A stretch of 64,000 nucleotides of DNA, taken from NCBI GenBank assembly GCA_002633005.1, contig NMRA01000365.1, positions 195,505 through 259,504 on the forward strand. Direction: 5' to 3'. This document shows positions 41,901 to 56,900 of this stretch, one piece after another. A program made the position numbers and the translations under genes. Positions within the stretch are counted from its first letter, which is position 1. Each line of letters opens with the position of its first letter. Origin of the DNA: Phoronis australis (taxonomy: Eukaryota > Animalia > Phoronida). The notes under the pieces are model-generated. The model made no database searches. It was not told where the DNA came from and worked only from the letters and a program-made list of their open reading frames with translations.

Positions 41901-44900
41901 CATTCAGAAACGACAGAGTAGAATCTTTGATAAAGCAAAAACATAAGATACACATTTAAACCACAGGTTCAAAATGTGAACATGATGGACATAACATCTG
42001 TCAAATGCAAGTTCATGATAGAATGAATACAGTAAGAAATTCACTGGAATTTGATCATCAAATGAAGGAAAGTGTCCTGAAGCGAACACAATACACCATT
42101 ATGATAATAGTCTTTATGGGCTGTCTAGCTATGTCGCTAATACATAATGATTCAACAGCCCATTATACTCAATAGTCTACATGACCTGTCTAGCCATGTC
42201 TGTAATATCTAATGATTCAACAGCCTATTGTGTTCAATAGTCTACATCGGTTGTCTAGCCATGTCTGTGATACCAATTTTTTTAATGTTTATTATGAAAT
42301 ATTCAGTACAATAAATATACAGACCCAGAAAGCGCCAAGAAGCATTGTACCTGGGCTAAATAAATACAAATGATTCCCCAATCATGTCAAAAACAATGTG
42401 CCATTAAGAAGACTAATTAGCAGATATAGCAATTTCTGCATGTAACCAAATAGTTTACAAAAAACTTATTTACTTTAGAAACTGGAGGATAGAATACTTT
42501 GGATTCATCAGAAAATGGAAAAGCGCCATTGTTTTCTTAATAGTGCCAAAACCTGCAAAGGAACTTAGTAATCGCAGATGGACCAGGCAGGGGGTGATAA
42601 AGGCTATGTCACAGATTCTCTTTGTATTTTCTGTGTGATGACAGTGACCCCACTGACTCCAGACCACCTTTATTTTTTCAAATTGCCTCCTTTTGGTTTC
42701 CATGGATACTATTTGTTTCCAGCAAATTTTGAGCCTGGCAGCAGCTGTTGAGTTTCAGTAAAATTACGTAACAGTTATGTTACGCAGTGGATGTAACGTT
42801 GAAATATTGAACCTGTGTTACTGATAAGGTGTGACCTTCAACTACTTTATTCATGAAAATTTAGAAGATTTCAATAATTTTTTGTCTATTTATAGAGCCG
42901 CATCAGATGAGTACTTTTAGTGATTTTTGACACTGTCAAAATTGGCTAAGTCAAGTTGTATCCCGATATCTCAAATGGAGCAGGTTTCAAAACATTTTAG
43001 TACCAACTAATGTGTTGAGCTCAGTACTGTAGCTCTACAAAATAAGACAAAAGAATCGTCTGGTGGTAACGGGTTTCATGTCATTTGAAGTCGAAAGTGA
43101 CTGGTGGTTATGCCATTTCACCACAATGAGTAATGCCGACGAACAGTTGGTTGGCAGAACACCGCCAATAAACCATTTTCAAAACATTTCCTTTAAAAAA
43201 TCGTGGTTGCCCCCTCCCCTCTTGCGACTTTCTCAATTTTAAGTGTTGTATGAACAATATCATAAATTTTTGGTTTTATCTGTTGCTGTCCTGTTAACAA
43301 AGAAGATACTTACTGTGAGTTAGCTTTGGAGTGTGTCTTAACTAACGTTATTTTTGTGGAATCTTCAAGTGGTTTTGATACAGGGCGTTGAAAGCGGAGG
43401 ACAGTGTCAGGGTGGAAGATTCAATTGAAATTAAAGGGAAAGGCAAAACTACTGTTGACCAGATTTCTGTGGACGTTATATAGCCGCCAGTGCCCCAATA
43501 ACTTCACCTTTTGGAATGGTATGGATGGCAAGTGTTACCATTTTGCTGTCTGTATGTATGAGTTTGTTTTGACTGACACAAGTGAGAAATGGGAGACTTT
43601 CAAGTGGCAATGGGGGCTGACCACATGGAACTGGCTACCAGTGAGAAGATATTTCATCTACCCAATGGTAGGCACAGAGGAACAATGTTGACAAAGTATG
43701 TGTGACTAGATGTGAGAAGTAAAATTCCTTCCCAATCCTTTAGAGGGAATGATATCTTGTTCCACGTGACTATATGAATGCCTCCTTGTTGAAAGCATTA
43801 TCAGGTTTTCATCCACTACAGATGTCATGTGAAAGAAGTAAGGATGATAAAAGGCTGCTTTCAGTATAAAGTCCATCAGTAAATGACAAGTATTGTATTG
43901 TAGCTCATGTTTTTTCATGACTTCTCAGCAGACTCACAATATACAGAGTATATAAATTTTGAAACAGTCTGGAGTTCAAAATATAGCTTCATGCACATTG
44001 GGTTCTAATTGCTAAGTCTTTGTGTTGCTTTAATAGCAAGACTGTCAACTTTTTCTTTGGCAAAATCACAACAGAGATATCTAAACGTGCTAAATGATCT
44101 AAGTGCTAATGGACTGGCTCAAATCTGACACTCCTATGTTAACTGTTGAAAATACAGGTGATCTCGCATACATGTACCTCACACCATTCTGTACACTAAC
44201 TCCTCAGTCTGTATATACAACGTTGGATCACTTCAGAATAAAAATGTTATCTAATGCTACGAGAATCTGGTTTAACACTCATCACCCAGTTAATTTATAC
44301 AAAGTAGCATGGAACAAACGAGATATCTAAATGTGTTAACTGGTCTAAATGCCAGTGAGTTGGCTCAAACACGACACTCCCGATGTTAAAAATTCAAAAT
44401 ACAGGTAACCTAGGCAACTCACTTAACTCATCATCACATACCATACATGTAACTCGTCTTTGTGCAAAATCGAAGTTGAACCAAATTAAAGTAAAAAATG
44501 ATTATTTAATGTGACGGCAATCTGGTTTTACACTGATCATATAGTTAAGTGGTACAAAGTAGCATGGAAAAAATGAGTAATCTGAATGACTTTGTGTTCT
44601 TTGATCTGAATGCCAGTGAATTGGATCAAGCATGACACTACCAAAGTTAACCTTTCAAAATGCAGGGTCCCTTCCTCAACTTGTCATAACAGTACATGTA
44701 ACTCACCAGTCTGCCTAAGTCATCACCTTTCCTTTGGCTTATACACAAGTCAACACTCAGATAAGGCCTCACTTTTTGGTTAAAAGAAGTTGAGTGTGAA
44801 ATGAATTTGAAAGACGAAAACTGATATACCAACATCCTTTAATAAACTGGACAGCGAAGTTTCGACCAGAACACCGACTAAATATCCTGATTTTACTGAC

Positions 44901-47900
44901 AAAATCACAAGCGTTGCTATATTGCATTTTGCATTTGCCTCAGTTTCTACAGTATCAGATCAATAACAGTTGGTTAAATCACTTTGGCAACCTAACAGAT
45001 TCCACATTTTACGGGCGAAGATGAAACTTGGAGTATTTCTGGACATCACTGACTGTTAACTTCACTATCTCCCTAATTTGACTATTTCCCAGTGCAGTTC
45101 AAGGCAGCCAAGAGTGAAAAGAAACCTTTATCCTGCTGTGGTGTCAGCCAGCCTTCTTCCCTAAACTGCTTATCCTTCTTCATAGCCTGTGAAGTTCTTG
45201 CGGGGTCTGCTTTGTTGTTTTACTTTCTGAAAAATGACAAGTAGTTTCTAACACTCTCCAAGAAACATACACTTTTTTGCAGAACTTCGCAGAGCCCAGC
45301 CGCTATACTGGTGTAACTGCCTCTGAGTAATCCATTGATTTTAGCTGAGATGGTTCATTTGACCTATGGCGTGTAATATGTAAAACGACCTTAAGCACAA
45401 TACTTCCAACCCGAAAAAACACTGTGGGTACTTGGTTTATTTTTGCCAGTTTGACTGGATTGCTTTGGACATCAAAAGGATGTCAAATCCAGGTCCTAAA
45501 TGTCAACATATTGGGACTTCTAAAACATAACGACACACTACGATTTCAAGTAGAATCAAATAATTCACTGACAGCTGAAGTGAAAAGAAATTGTGGCATG
45601 CAGGTTGTCAGTTAAAACTTGAATTTAGAATGCTATGAGTTCAGCATTCATCAATTATATGTGTATGAAAAATACTTCTTGTAATGAACCACTGAGCAGT
45701 TAGTCTTGTAATGAACCACTGGGCAGTTAGTTCCACTGCAGGGTGTTGGATGAGATTTTGAGTTCACCTACCGGGGGAAGAAGTGGCTGTTAAGCTGGTA
45801 AACAATAGAGTGCCTAATTTCATTGAGAATTTGTCCGAAGTTACCCTCCAGCGAACCAAACCATGGCAAATGTTGCTCGCCAAATTCGGCGTGCGGCCTG
45901 CTGTGTAATACCCTGACTCTGGTCCACAGAATAATAACCATTGTTTCTAGGGGTACTAACTGGTTCTCAAATCAGGTATCTATAAAACTGACTTTTACCG
46001 CAAAAATGCTACAATCATGTGATAACTTCAAATTCAAACTAAGTAACAAAGTAGTACTCACCAGATCCAATGGGGAAGAGCTCATGCAAAGTTTTGTTCC
46101 AGTGGCAGTAAGTCGACTTTAGACATATCAACCAGCATCCCCACTTCAGACTTGGCACGCGACCTAATGCTAATGGAATGGATGTTTGCACAGTCTACTT
46201 GGTTTCCATCTAAGATGAGCCCGGTGTCTTGGACAGTCAGACAGGTCCGGTGAACACGCATTTGTAAATTGTCTCCAAAATCAGTTGCCATTCAGTTTGT
46301 AAGTACATGTGGTGACTTCGTACTCACTTTATGCTGCATCAAGATTTCACACATGTGCAGAGGATAATATTATTCTTTTGAGGTCCCACACACACTTCAA
46401 TAGTTAACACTGAAAGTCAGGATCGTCAGCTATTTTGCCACAACTAAAGTGCCACCTGTTGTTGGACAATGGGTTCATGAAAAATGCAGAGTTTTAGTGA
46501 AAATCAAAAAATTAACTTAAAATAAACAAATGCACCTTACTTAACCAAACTAAACTAAATATTAATAAAACATTTTTCAATCAAATCTATGCACTTTACT
46601 GGTGTTGTAGTGTTCCAAACAGGTATATCAGTATTAAAGGTTATTTCCGCCGAGATGTTTGTCACAAGCTTGCGATTCCTTTAGGAAAATGCTCACTGCC
46701 AGATGATTTTATTGTATCACTAAGATAGAAACGTCTTGTGTAAAAGTCTGTTGTTGATCAGTATTGTGCCAGCTGAGATATACGGGCTCAAAATGTGGCT
46801 AAATTGCAATGCTTTGTTAACCTCTGACCTTCTATATTTAAGCCTGAAATTTTCAACTTAGCGGCAGAGTTAATGAGTATTAACTTCTTGATGAAGCCAA
46901 AGACTTGCTTTATTTAAAAATTACGAACAAATAATTATCTTGTGCACAATTTTTTATTCTGCATTGCAAATAAGCCATTTTCGGGGTCTATTGCATGGTT
47001 TACCATCAAAATACAGGTTCCCTGATTTCGCCCCCTTAAACAAGGTAAAATGAGATTGGACTTTACTATTTTGTTTATCATCCCAAAGGTAACTAAAATG
47101 CATAGTATGGTTCAAATCCGTGACATTGAGTTTATCACCCCTCTGGGCATTTTTGCCTGCTGTGAGCCGTACTTCACTCTTAATAGGTAGAGGAAAGTAG
47201 AAAAAAATAAAATTGCCATTAGGAGGCATAACAATTGTCGAATCTATCCGCAAATTTGCACGTCCCTTCCCATCCATGGTGTTTTGCAAAATTTCTGATG
47301 ATTCAGGTTTAGAAGATACAGCAGCAGCAGATGAATGGAATTTTTCAAATTGCAAAACATTGCAACACAAGCAAAAAACTGCATGAAGTTACAAAACTAA
47401 TATGACAATTCCAGCAAAGTGTCGGATTATATTTGTCAGGAGAAAATTGTGCTTGCTGATGCACTATTTTTATTTCGAAGTGCACAGGGTTACGTAATGT
47501 TACATGAGTAAATTGGCTCAAGTTTCTTTATAAGCTACGTTCCGGTACGATCCAGGCTTATTCCCATGAACCGCTATACTAACGCTTACAACGCTAATGA
47601 TGTTTTTCACGGAGTCTAGAGCTGATATCATTGTAAGTTTGCGTTTGTTAGTATCTTTTTGCACATGTTGTATTACCATGTATCTTTATTGTATTGTAAC
47701 GTATCTTTTTGCACATGTTGTATTACCATGTATCTTTATTGTATTGTAACGTGAATGTATTCAAAGTTTCCCCCGAAACTAATACATTACATTTGTTTCA
47801 AAGAAATGGGCCTTGTAAGATTGACAGTTATCTTAGCTTGTGAATAAACGTATCATATCCGACTACCCTGTGTGTTTTAGGCCCATAGCTCCTACAGTGG

Positions 47901-50900
47901 TGTACATGAAATGTAATACCAAACTCAAATTTATAATCAAAACCATTGACATAATCATAAGTACCAGTTCACAGGTTTTTGTTTTCTCGGAATCATTCAT
48001 CGGCTCATCGGAATCTTCAATGTCTTCAACATGTTGCCTGTAAATAGTTGTTTCAATGCTAAATGCGAGCACATGAAGGATGTAGCTAGTGTTAGAAAGC
48101 TACACTGCTCTGTTTTCCATCATGTAACAGATGACAGAAATTAGCCATCCACTAAATTAGCCATCAACTAAATTAGGCATCCACTAAATTAGCCATCTAC
48201 TAAATACATCATGAATTACAGTGGATATGGTTGTTCTGTTGTTGCTAAAGCTGTCATTTCATTTTCCTATTAAGGCCTATTACAAAATACAGTTTTCACC
48301 AGGAGACGTAAAAGCAGTATGACACCAATCAATATTCTTTGCACATTTTTACCATAAAAAAATGACAAAATTAATTACAATATCTTTATATTTTTAGTAT
48401 TTTAGTATTTTAGTACTGAATATAAGAAGTGTGTCAACCTATGTGGAAACTCTTTTCAAAAATGTAATATTCACACATTGCACAGAATTGTATGTGATTT
48501 ATTTTCCCCTAGTATTCATAATATTATTAACGAACCATTTGTGCACCACAATAGAACCATTTCTCAGATTATCAACTTCACACAATGGTGTTATCGCAAG
48601 TCAAAAATGAGCATTTGGAACATAACTTTAAAAATAGACTTTCAGGGCTGACATCTGTGATGCTGGAGAGTAAATAAAAAATCTGAGACAGTTCCATATG
48701 CACTGACAGTAGGTTATCAATTTCTAACAACAAGTCTCCTGCAGTTCAGTTTTTTTAAAAATCATGTTTAAAGCAAAAAATACATTTAACGTGCCCAACT
48801 AGACTACCATCAGCTTGATAAGAAAATTTCCAATCATTTATACAAGACACAAACAACACAATGTCTAAATGGCATATCCAGCCCAACTACATAATTACCT
48901 AATCGTCTGCAATACTTTGAATGCTCGTATCAAGTCATCACGTCGAATGTCACCAAACGGCAGATGATTTCCCTTGAATCCAGCTGTCTCAGTGGCTTTA
49001 GTAAGCGATGTGATGGACGTCTGCAATTGAACATATTTTCTCAACAAGAGCAACGCGGAGCGTTGAAATGCGCCCATGAATGCAATGCAAACGGCGTGCA
49101 TTTAGGGGTGTTTATTTGTATCAAAAATGGCAACTAGGTGAAGCAAAATACTTACAATCCATCAAAAAACAGGAAATGTCACCTTTTTAAATAGAAAGCT
49201 ATTTATCACATTTCATGAAAATACGTCAGGAAACTTTAGAGAAACAGAGGAAAACTAAAAAAATGAAATTGCCACTAGGTGGCAGAGCGTTCGCTGGATT
49301 CGTCTGAAGGTTGACGTCTTCCGTTGTCATATAAATACAATTGTTAAATTTAATAAAGATCCTGCAGAGGGCTTAGGAGATACAGGCAGCAAAGACTGTC
49401 AATAGGAGACACTATAGAAGTCGAAGTCGTCGGATAATCATCGTCAACAGTCCTCTTCATACTAAGAACATACATGCCAATTTTCACAATCATCCTTAGA
49501 GTGGTTTGGTTGACAGAGGGATGGACGCCAAAAACCAGACTCGAAAACAACAAAAATGGCCACTAGGTGGCGCAAAATACCTTGAATCAATCCAAAAATG
49601 AATGCCTAGCATCACCCCACTAATAGATGCCTATAAGCCAAATTTTATGGATATCCGTTGAGGGCCTTTGAAGATATAGAGGTAAATGCAAAAAAAACTA
49701 AAATTGCCACTATGGGGCACAACGGTAGTCTTGTCTTTCCTTAAGTCGTCGTTGTCCGTTGTCAACTTCATACAAATACATTAATTTGCTAAATTTAATA
49801 AAGACCCTGTAGTCAAGAGCATTTAGGAGATATAGCCGTGGGTGCAAAAACAAACAAAACTGCCACTAGGAGGCGCAACAGTAGTCAAAGTTGTTGGAAA
49901 AATCACCGTCAACCGTCCTCTTCATAGTAAGAACATACGTGCCAATTTTCACAATTATCCTTAGAGTGGTTGGGTTGATAGAGGGGCGGATGCCAAAATA
50001 GACTCGAAAATAGTAAAAATGGCCACTAGATGGTGCAAAATGCCTCGAATCCATCCAAAAAACGGGAGGATAGCGTCACCTCATTAATAGATGCCTATGT
50101 GCCAAATTTTAGGAAAATCGGTTGAGGACTTTTGAAGATAGGCAAACGTAAAAAACTAAAATTGCCACTAGGCGGCACAACCGTATTTGGGTTGATCCGA
50201 AACTTGTCGGCCTATGTCGTAAACCCCATATGAACACACCTGCCAAATTTCAATAAAATCCTGCAAGAGGTTTAAGAGATACAGCCGTAGATGCCACACA
50301 CCCCGACAGATGATGGCAATATGCACCTACATATAAATATGTGAGCGCATAAAAATGTAGATCATCTATTCACAGCATGCTATCTCAGATGCAAATCACA
50401 CACTAGGATACTCAAACATAGAAAAAGTGTCACACAACTTTCATAATAAAGCACACACCCTTGTCCCAAGGTTAGCATGCGCATTTGTTAAGCAGATAGC
50501 CTTAGAGATCCGCTGACCACAACATACATGTCTGAGACAAAGATCCTTGCTGGCAATTTCCTATCAATGCCACTGAAAATAGTTATGTGAAAGGTCATCT
50601 TTAGTTATGTATAGCGAGGCCACAATGACTGATTCAGCATTTGACTAAATTAGCTTATGAGGAGATAAGCCCAACATTGTCTGCCCATAATGTTAGATTC
50701 CATGACAGAACAACGATTTCGATAAACAGATCATTCATGATGTTGACAAGGAAAAAGAAATCAAAAACCTATTGACAGGGTTTACCAACTCTTCTCAACT
50801 CAATCTGCTCCATATCAACCACAGGTGATCTGCTTCATATCAACCACAGGTGATCTGCTCCATATCAACCACAGGTGATCTGCTCCATATCAACCACAAA

Positions 50901-53900
50901 TGATCTGCTTCATATCAACTACATGTGATCTGCTTCATATCAACCACATGTGATCTGCTTCATATCAACCACAAATGATCTGCTCCATATCAACCACAGG
51001 TAATCTGCTCCATATCAACCACAGGTGATCTGCTTCATATCAACCACAAATGATCTGCTTCATATCAACCACAGGTGATCTGCTTCATATCAACCACAGG
51101 TGATCTGCTTCATATCAACCACAGGTAATCTGCTCCACATCAATCACAGGTGATCTGCTCCATATCAATCACAGGTGATATATTCCTTTTCATGGCAAAA
51201 ATCAATTGCTAGCTGGGCAACAGAAATTTTGAGCCCTATTTGCTAAGAGGTTATCTAGCCTATGTCTACTTCAGGATTTTCATATTTAAGTTGTAAACAA
51301 GAATCCCGCACAACTTCACACTTTTAATGAAAACCCACGTAACATTAGCTTTAACAAACTGTATCACTGGTCAGAAGAATCCGCTTCAGACATATATCAA
51401 ACTAAATGCCATGACTGTAGCCAGGCATTTTCATCACTCACCAAATCCTTCATGAAGCCCTGAAGGGCATCTGGCAGCTGAGATGGTACGTCTGAATCAA
51501 ACGTAAGTGGTAAGTCGGTGGCATTCGTTCTGAAGGCCTTCTGCTCCTGGTGAACTAGTCTGTACTTGCCTGGCTGGTGTTCAAACCTGAAACAAATCAG
51601 AGTAGAAAGCACTGAAAACTCACGTGAAGAGCTCGTTCATAAATATCGCACTATGACCCCATTGATTTTCAGTCAATGACAACTCAAAATTGCTGGTCGT
51701 ATGCACACAACTGGATCCAGAACTCTGTGATAGATGTAACCACACATTCATATGCTGTTTGAAACATGAAATTATTGTATGGCAAAAAGTGCAGAAAAGA
51801 AGAAATGATGATTCAGCTATGTCAAATTGTATGTTGATAAAGAAAACGGTGAAATGTGAACTCCAACACTACAACTTATTTGGGCTTGATACAGCAATAT
51901 TGTGACCTTCTCTCAAGATGACCTGCTGGCTGAACTTTTACTGCCAGTCTCACAACCTACCAAATAAAAAATTGCCCATAGGTTGCAAAAACAGTCAACA
52001 AACCATCAGTATTCGAACTTGGACAAAGAACGCAAGGTAACTACTTTTTAAAAAAATCTGCAGTTTTAAAATCAACATTTCTTCTCTGTTCAACATAACA
52101 GAAAGTCACGTTACAGACCATCCCCAAATGCAGCCATTTTATGACGTCTTAAACATACCAAGCCTTGTCCTCTCCGTCCCTTAAACATACCAAGCCTTGT
52201 CCTCTCCATCCCTTAAACATACCAAGCCTTGTCCTCTCCATCCCTTAAACATACCAAGCCTTGTCCTCTCCGTCCCTTAAACATACCAAGCCTTGTCCTC
52301 TCCATCCCTTAAACATACCAAGCCTTGTCCTCTCCATCCCTTAAACATACCAAGCCTTGTCCTCTCCGTCCCTTAAACATACCAAGCCTTGTCCTCTCCA
52401 TCCCTTAAACATACCAAGCCTTGTCCTCTCCATCCCTTAAACATACCAAGCCTTGTCCTCTCCGTCCCTTAAACATACCAAGCCTTGTCCTCTCCATCCC
52501 TTAAACATACCAAGCCTTGTCCTCTCCATCCCTTAAACATACCAAGCCTTGTCCTCTCCATCCCTTAAACATACCAAGCCTTGTCCTCTCCGTTCCTTAA
52601 AGCTATGTAAGACATTATTGACATGTCTGTGTATTTACTCGCCAAATATATACAAAACTACAAAGTTTAACTCATTAAAAGCATGTATTTTCTGAAAGCA
52701 GAAAGCCTGAAAAATTTGATTTTTGAATTTTTACCAATCTGTCATTAAATGAATCACATGACCATGTCTTTTTAGTAAAAAAGAAAGGTAGTAAAACAAT
52801 GGTATCCACCATGTTCAAATTTTATTTGATGTAAATCCTCAGGATGAGATCTCAAAAACATTCCTGCAACTTAAGGTTATGAAGGACCCCAAAAATGTGC
52901 AAATTTGGAAAACTTTGTAACATCAAACTATGAGTCATGCAATGTTCTCCAAAATATTTCTCCAATCCACGACCCATGATTTTTAATTAGGATGAAATAT
53001 AAAATGCAATCACCCATATTTTTATATTATGCTCGAACTATACATGGTAAAGTACATGCTAGGTTTTATTCTCTTTAGATATTATCCGTCTTCAGAGTTT
53101 TGTTAGCAAACAACGGTCTAGCAGACACCACATCAGCATCCTCCCCAGGCAAGGAATCAGATCCAACAAAAGAGCCTGGTGCAGCTCATGAATGCAACTG
53201 TCGGCGCAAGAACTGAGTATGGGCTCCACCTGTGCCTATGAGCCTCCCAACAGTCAATGACCAAACTACAGAGGATTCAAAACCAGGCCATGAGGATAGT
53301 AACCAGTGCAGCTAGACCCACTCCGGTAGACAGTCTCCAATACTGGTTAGGTATCAATAGCATCCATACTAAACAGAAGACACCAGCAGCCCAAGCATTT
53401 CTAAAGGCAGCTACAACCAACTCACATCCTCTGTACCTGGACTTAAGAGAGCATAGTGATGAGCACACAGCACAGAGGCTGAAAACTATTCAATCATGGG
53501 TTATCGGAGCTTGGGAGCTTGTCGAAGAGGTATGTCCAGTGGAGAACATCAACAGCATAGAGTGGTCCAAAGCCACAAACTTTGTCATCAACGCCATGGA
53601 GATTGGAGGCCGTCATTGGCGGGAAAGAGCTGACTGTATCAACCAAGCAACTGTATCGGAATGCCTTGAAGAACAATCTCCCACAAACATTACTGCAACG
53701 GACGGCTCACAATGAGATGACACTACGGCTTGGGCAGCAGTTGCTTGGACTCGCGAGGGTCAACGCCTCTTTGAATGGTCAACAGCAAGGGTAGGAAAAT
53801 CCTCGTCTTTTAAAGCTGAATGTGAAGCATATGAAGACGCCCTAGTCTGGCTCTCACAGAACACAACACCTGCAGACAGATCATTTCTACTTACAAACTC

Positions 53901-56900
53901 CCTCAGCCTCATTAGCAGGCTAAAAACTGGTCATGTGAAAGATTCTCAGATCCCTCTGTTCAGCTCTATTAATGGTCTCTTCACCAGTGTTTATATACCA
54001 GGACACCGTGGCATCTCATTCAACGTCAAGGCGGATGAGCTTGCAGGCATCGCAGAACCGACTGCCGACCTGCTCCTCACACCAGCAGATGTAATCTCCA
54101 GAGTGCGTGAATCGCTTACAGATGCCGAGATTGTACAACAGCAGGAGAGATGGGCAACAAAGCGCCTCATAGAGGGAGGATGGCAATACGGAGATGCAGC
54201 AAAAACTCGTATCAGGGGAAAAGATCGAAGAGTGTGTAACCAGCACGAACTTGGTTGCATCTCCAAATTTACATTGCGTGCGATACTGGAAGGAGGAGGG
54301 CCAGAGACTATCCCGGTGCCTACCCTCTGACGTCACCACAGAAACAGAAACAGAAACAGATTGCTGTCAGCACACCCATCCGTGCCATATATCTTTGTGC
54401 CAAATTTCATTCAGTTGTGCCTAGCAGTTTTTGAGATAAACAACCTGTCTTTTCAAAAACTAGGGCCAACAGGGAGAGTGATGGTAGCCAAATCTGTCTG
54501 AAAATTGACTGGTGCAAGCGGGCATCTCCGCCACCTATCTCTGTGTCAAATGTCATCATGATTTGTTAAGAAGTTTCTAGAAAATCGACGTACATGAAAT
54601 GAGCAGTCAAAAACTAACAGGGGGTGCCACAGCAGTTGAATCTGTTTAAAAATCAACTGGTGTTGGTGCATTCTTGCCATATACCTGTGTATCGAATTTC
54701 ATTGTGATTCGTCACACAGCTTTTGAGATTGTTGATGCACAAGGAATGGCTTGATGAAAACTAAAATGGCCAACATGAGGTACCATGGTAGCCAAATCGA
54801 CTGGAGCTGGCACATCCTTACCAATTACCGGAACACCAAATTTCGTCATGATCCGCCAAGCGGTTCTTGAGATAATTGACGGACAAAAAATGATAACGAT
54901 AGACGGAGAGTGCAATGGACACATGGACTGACAGACGAACGTATGGATGGGATGACGACTATATGCGACCACAAAACTTTTTGTGGTTGCAGAAAACTTC
55001 CATGTGATATCGCAACTCATGTTAGTTACCAGAAACTTGCTTTTCAAAGACACCTGTGAGCAATGCTTTAGGCAGCCACCAGGTGTCTGTATCAAAAAGA
55101 TTTTTTTCAATTACATGAATCTATAAATCTCTAAGTGTTACACGAATGCTTTTAGGCTGCTACGCCAAGTGAATATTGGAACTTGTCAATCTGACTCCTC
55201 ATACGTTTTATTAAAAAACTCATCAGATTTTCTTAGATGGGTGAAAACCAGTTTAGTGTTGCAATAATTTCCATTGTAATTAATGGCTGTAAAACATGTC
55301 TGGAGTCACATTGCCCATGACTTGAGTAATGGAATAGTATATATACTGCACACTATACATGACTTGAGTAATGGCGTAGTATATATACTGCACACTAGAC
55401 ACGACTTGAGTAATGGCGTAATATATACTGCACACTATACACGACTTGAGTAATGGCGTAGTATATATGCTGCACACTATACATGACTTGAGTAATGGCG
55501 TATAAATGACTTGAGTAATGGCGTGGTATATATACTGCACACTATACACCAGCAACATGGGCTTGTCTTGTTGTTTTTGGATATTTTCGGTTATCTGCAA
55601 AGTGCATTTTTGGTGATTTTTGAAGTCTTTCAGAGGATATTGAGGTTGGTGTTTGGCTGAAAATACCTACTTGTTAACATTTGCGAGACAAAAAACACCA
55701 CCCACTTTTAGTGATTTACTTCTTTCAAGAAGGACCAGTCATAATTCCCTTCAAAAGGCAACCATCCATAAATTTTCATTTCAACTGCCGCCCCCCCTCT
55801 CAATACACATTTTGCTGGAACAGCCTTAATGCAAGTGATTGTGTCTAGATACTGGGCTAAATACACAGCGTTATCAATAAGTGCACATCACATCAAGCAT
55901 ATATATTGTACACTCGTAAGCATAGTGATAATAGTGTACAGATCCTCAAGCATATATTTTGTACACTCGTAAGCATGGCGATAACAGTGCACATCACCTC
56001 AAGCATATATTTTGTACACTCGTAAGCATGGTGATAACTGTGTACAGCTCCCAACTGCTGTGCTATCCTTGCCCCAGCACATAATTCTTACGTTTTGTAG
56101 TTGGCCCAGTCATTAGATGTTTTCTGTTTGAAAACCTTCTCAAACTCCTTGACAGTTTCTTCTCTCTTAGGAAATGGTGTACACTGGTACTGACCGTCAT
56201 CTCCGATACGGCCCCAACGAGTGAACAGGAAGTATAAGTCTTTGCCTTTCAGCCAGATTATCTACCAATAGGAACAGCAATTGGTAACAGTAGGTCTGAT
56301 AATGTTAAATATAATTTTCATACGTTACACATTTTATATAATCACATATGAGTGAGCTTGCATGCGTGTGGAAATTATTATAGAAAAATCAGCACAACAA
56401 AATTAAATAAACTTGAGTGATCTTCATCAGAATAGATTGGTCAAAGTTCATGTAAAGCACAAAGAAACATTACCCATGCAAAAATGTCAGTTGCTGAAAC
56501 GTGGTTTTGTAAAGTTTTCAAGGACATCGAAACAAATAGAAAAGTTTGATACGTAATGCAAGCAGAAACAAACTCATCTTTACTCAAAACATTTATTTCT
56601 ATAGTAAATATGGACGTTGATGTTGGCCAATAGTGAATCAAATAAACACAGAAAAATCAGGAACCCCAACTGGGAATCGAACCACAGGTCTCTAGATTCA
56701 GGGCTTGGAATGACCCATGATAAAAAAGAGGAAAAGTTTACGGCCCTAAATACACATTTCAATCTACACCATACCTCAACAGATCGAAACTAAACATTAG
56801 TATCACAAGATGCCCTGTTACTGTGTCGTATTGGCGAAATGCACTCATCTTGAGCAGTACCTGACATCTATTTCAGCAAACAACAATGAAGGCAATTAGA

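Noticed and set aside
52148-52600. CRISPR array (32-bp repeat)
   Set aside because: Head-to-tail minisatellite without unique spacers
56660-56700. tRNA gene (minus-strand ggttcgattcc B-box)
   Set aside because: Only a T-arm-like half is present, cut off by a MITE end; probably a SINE or tRNA relic
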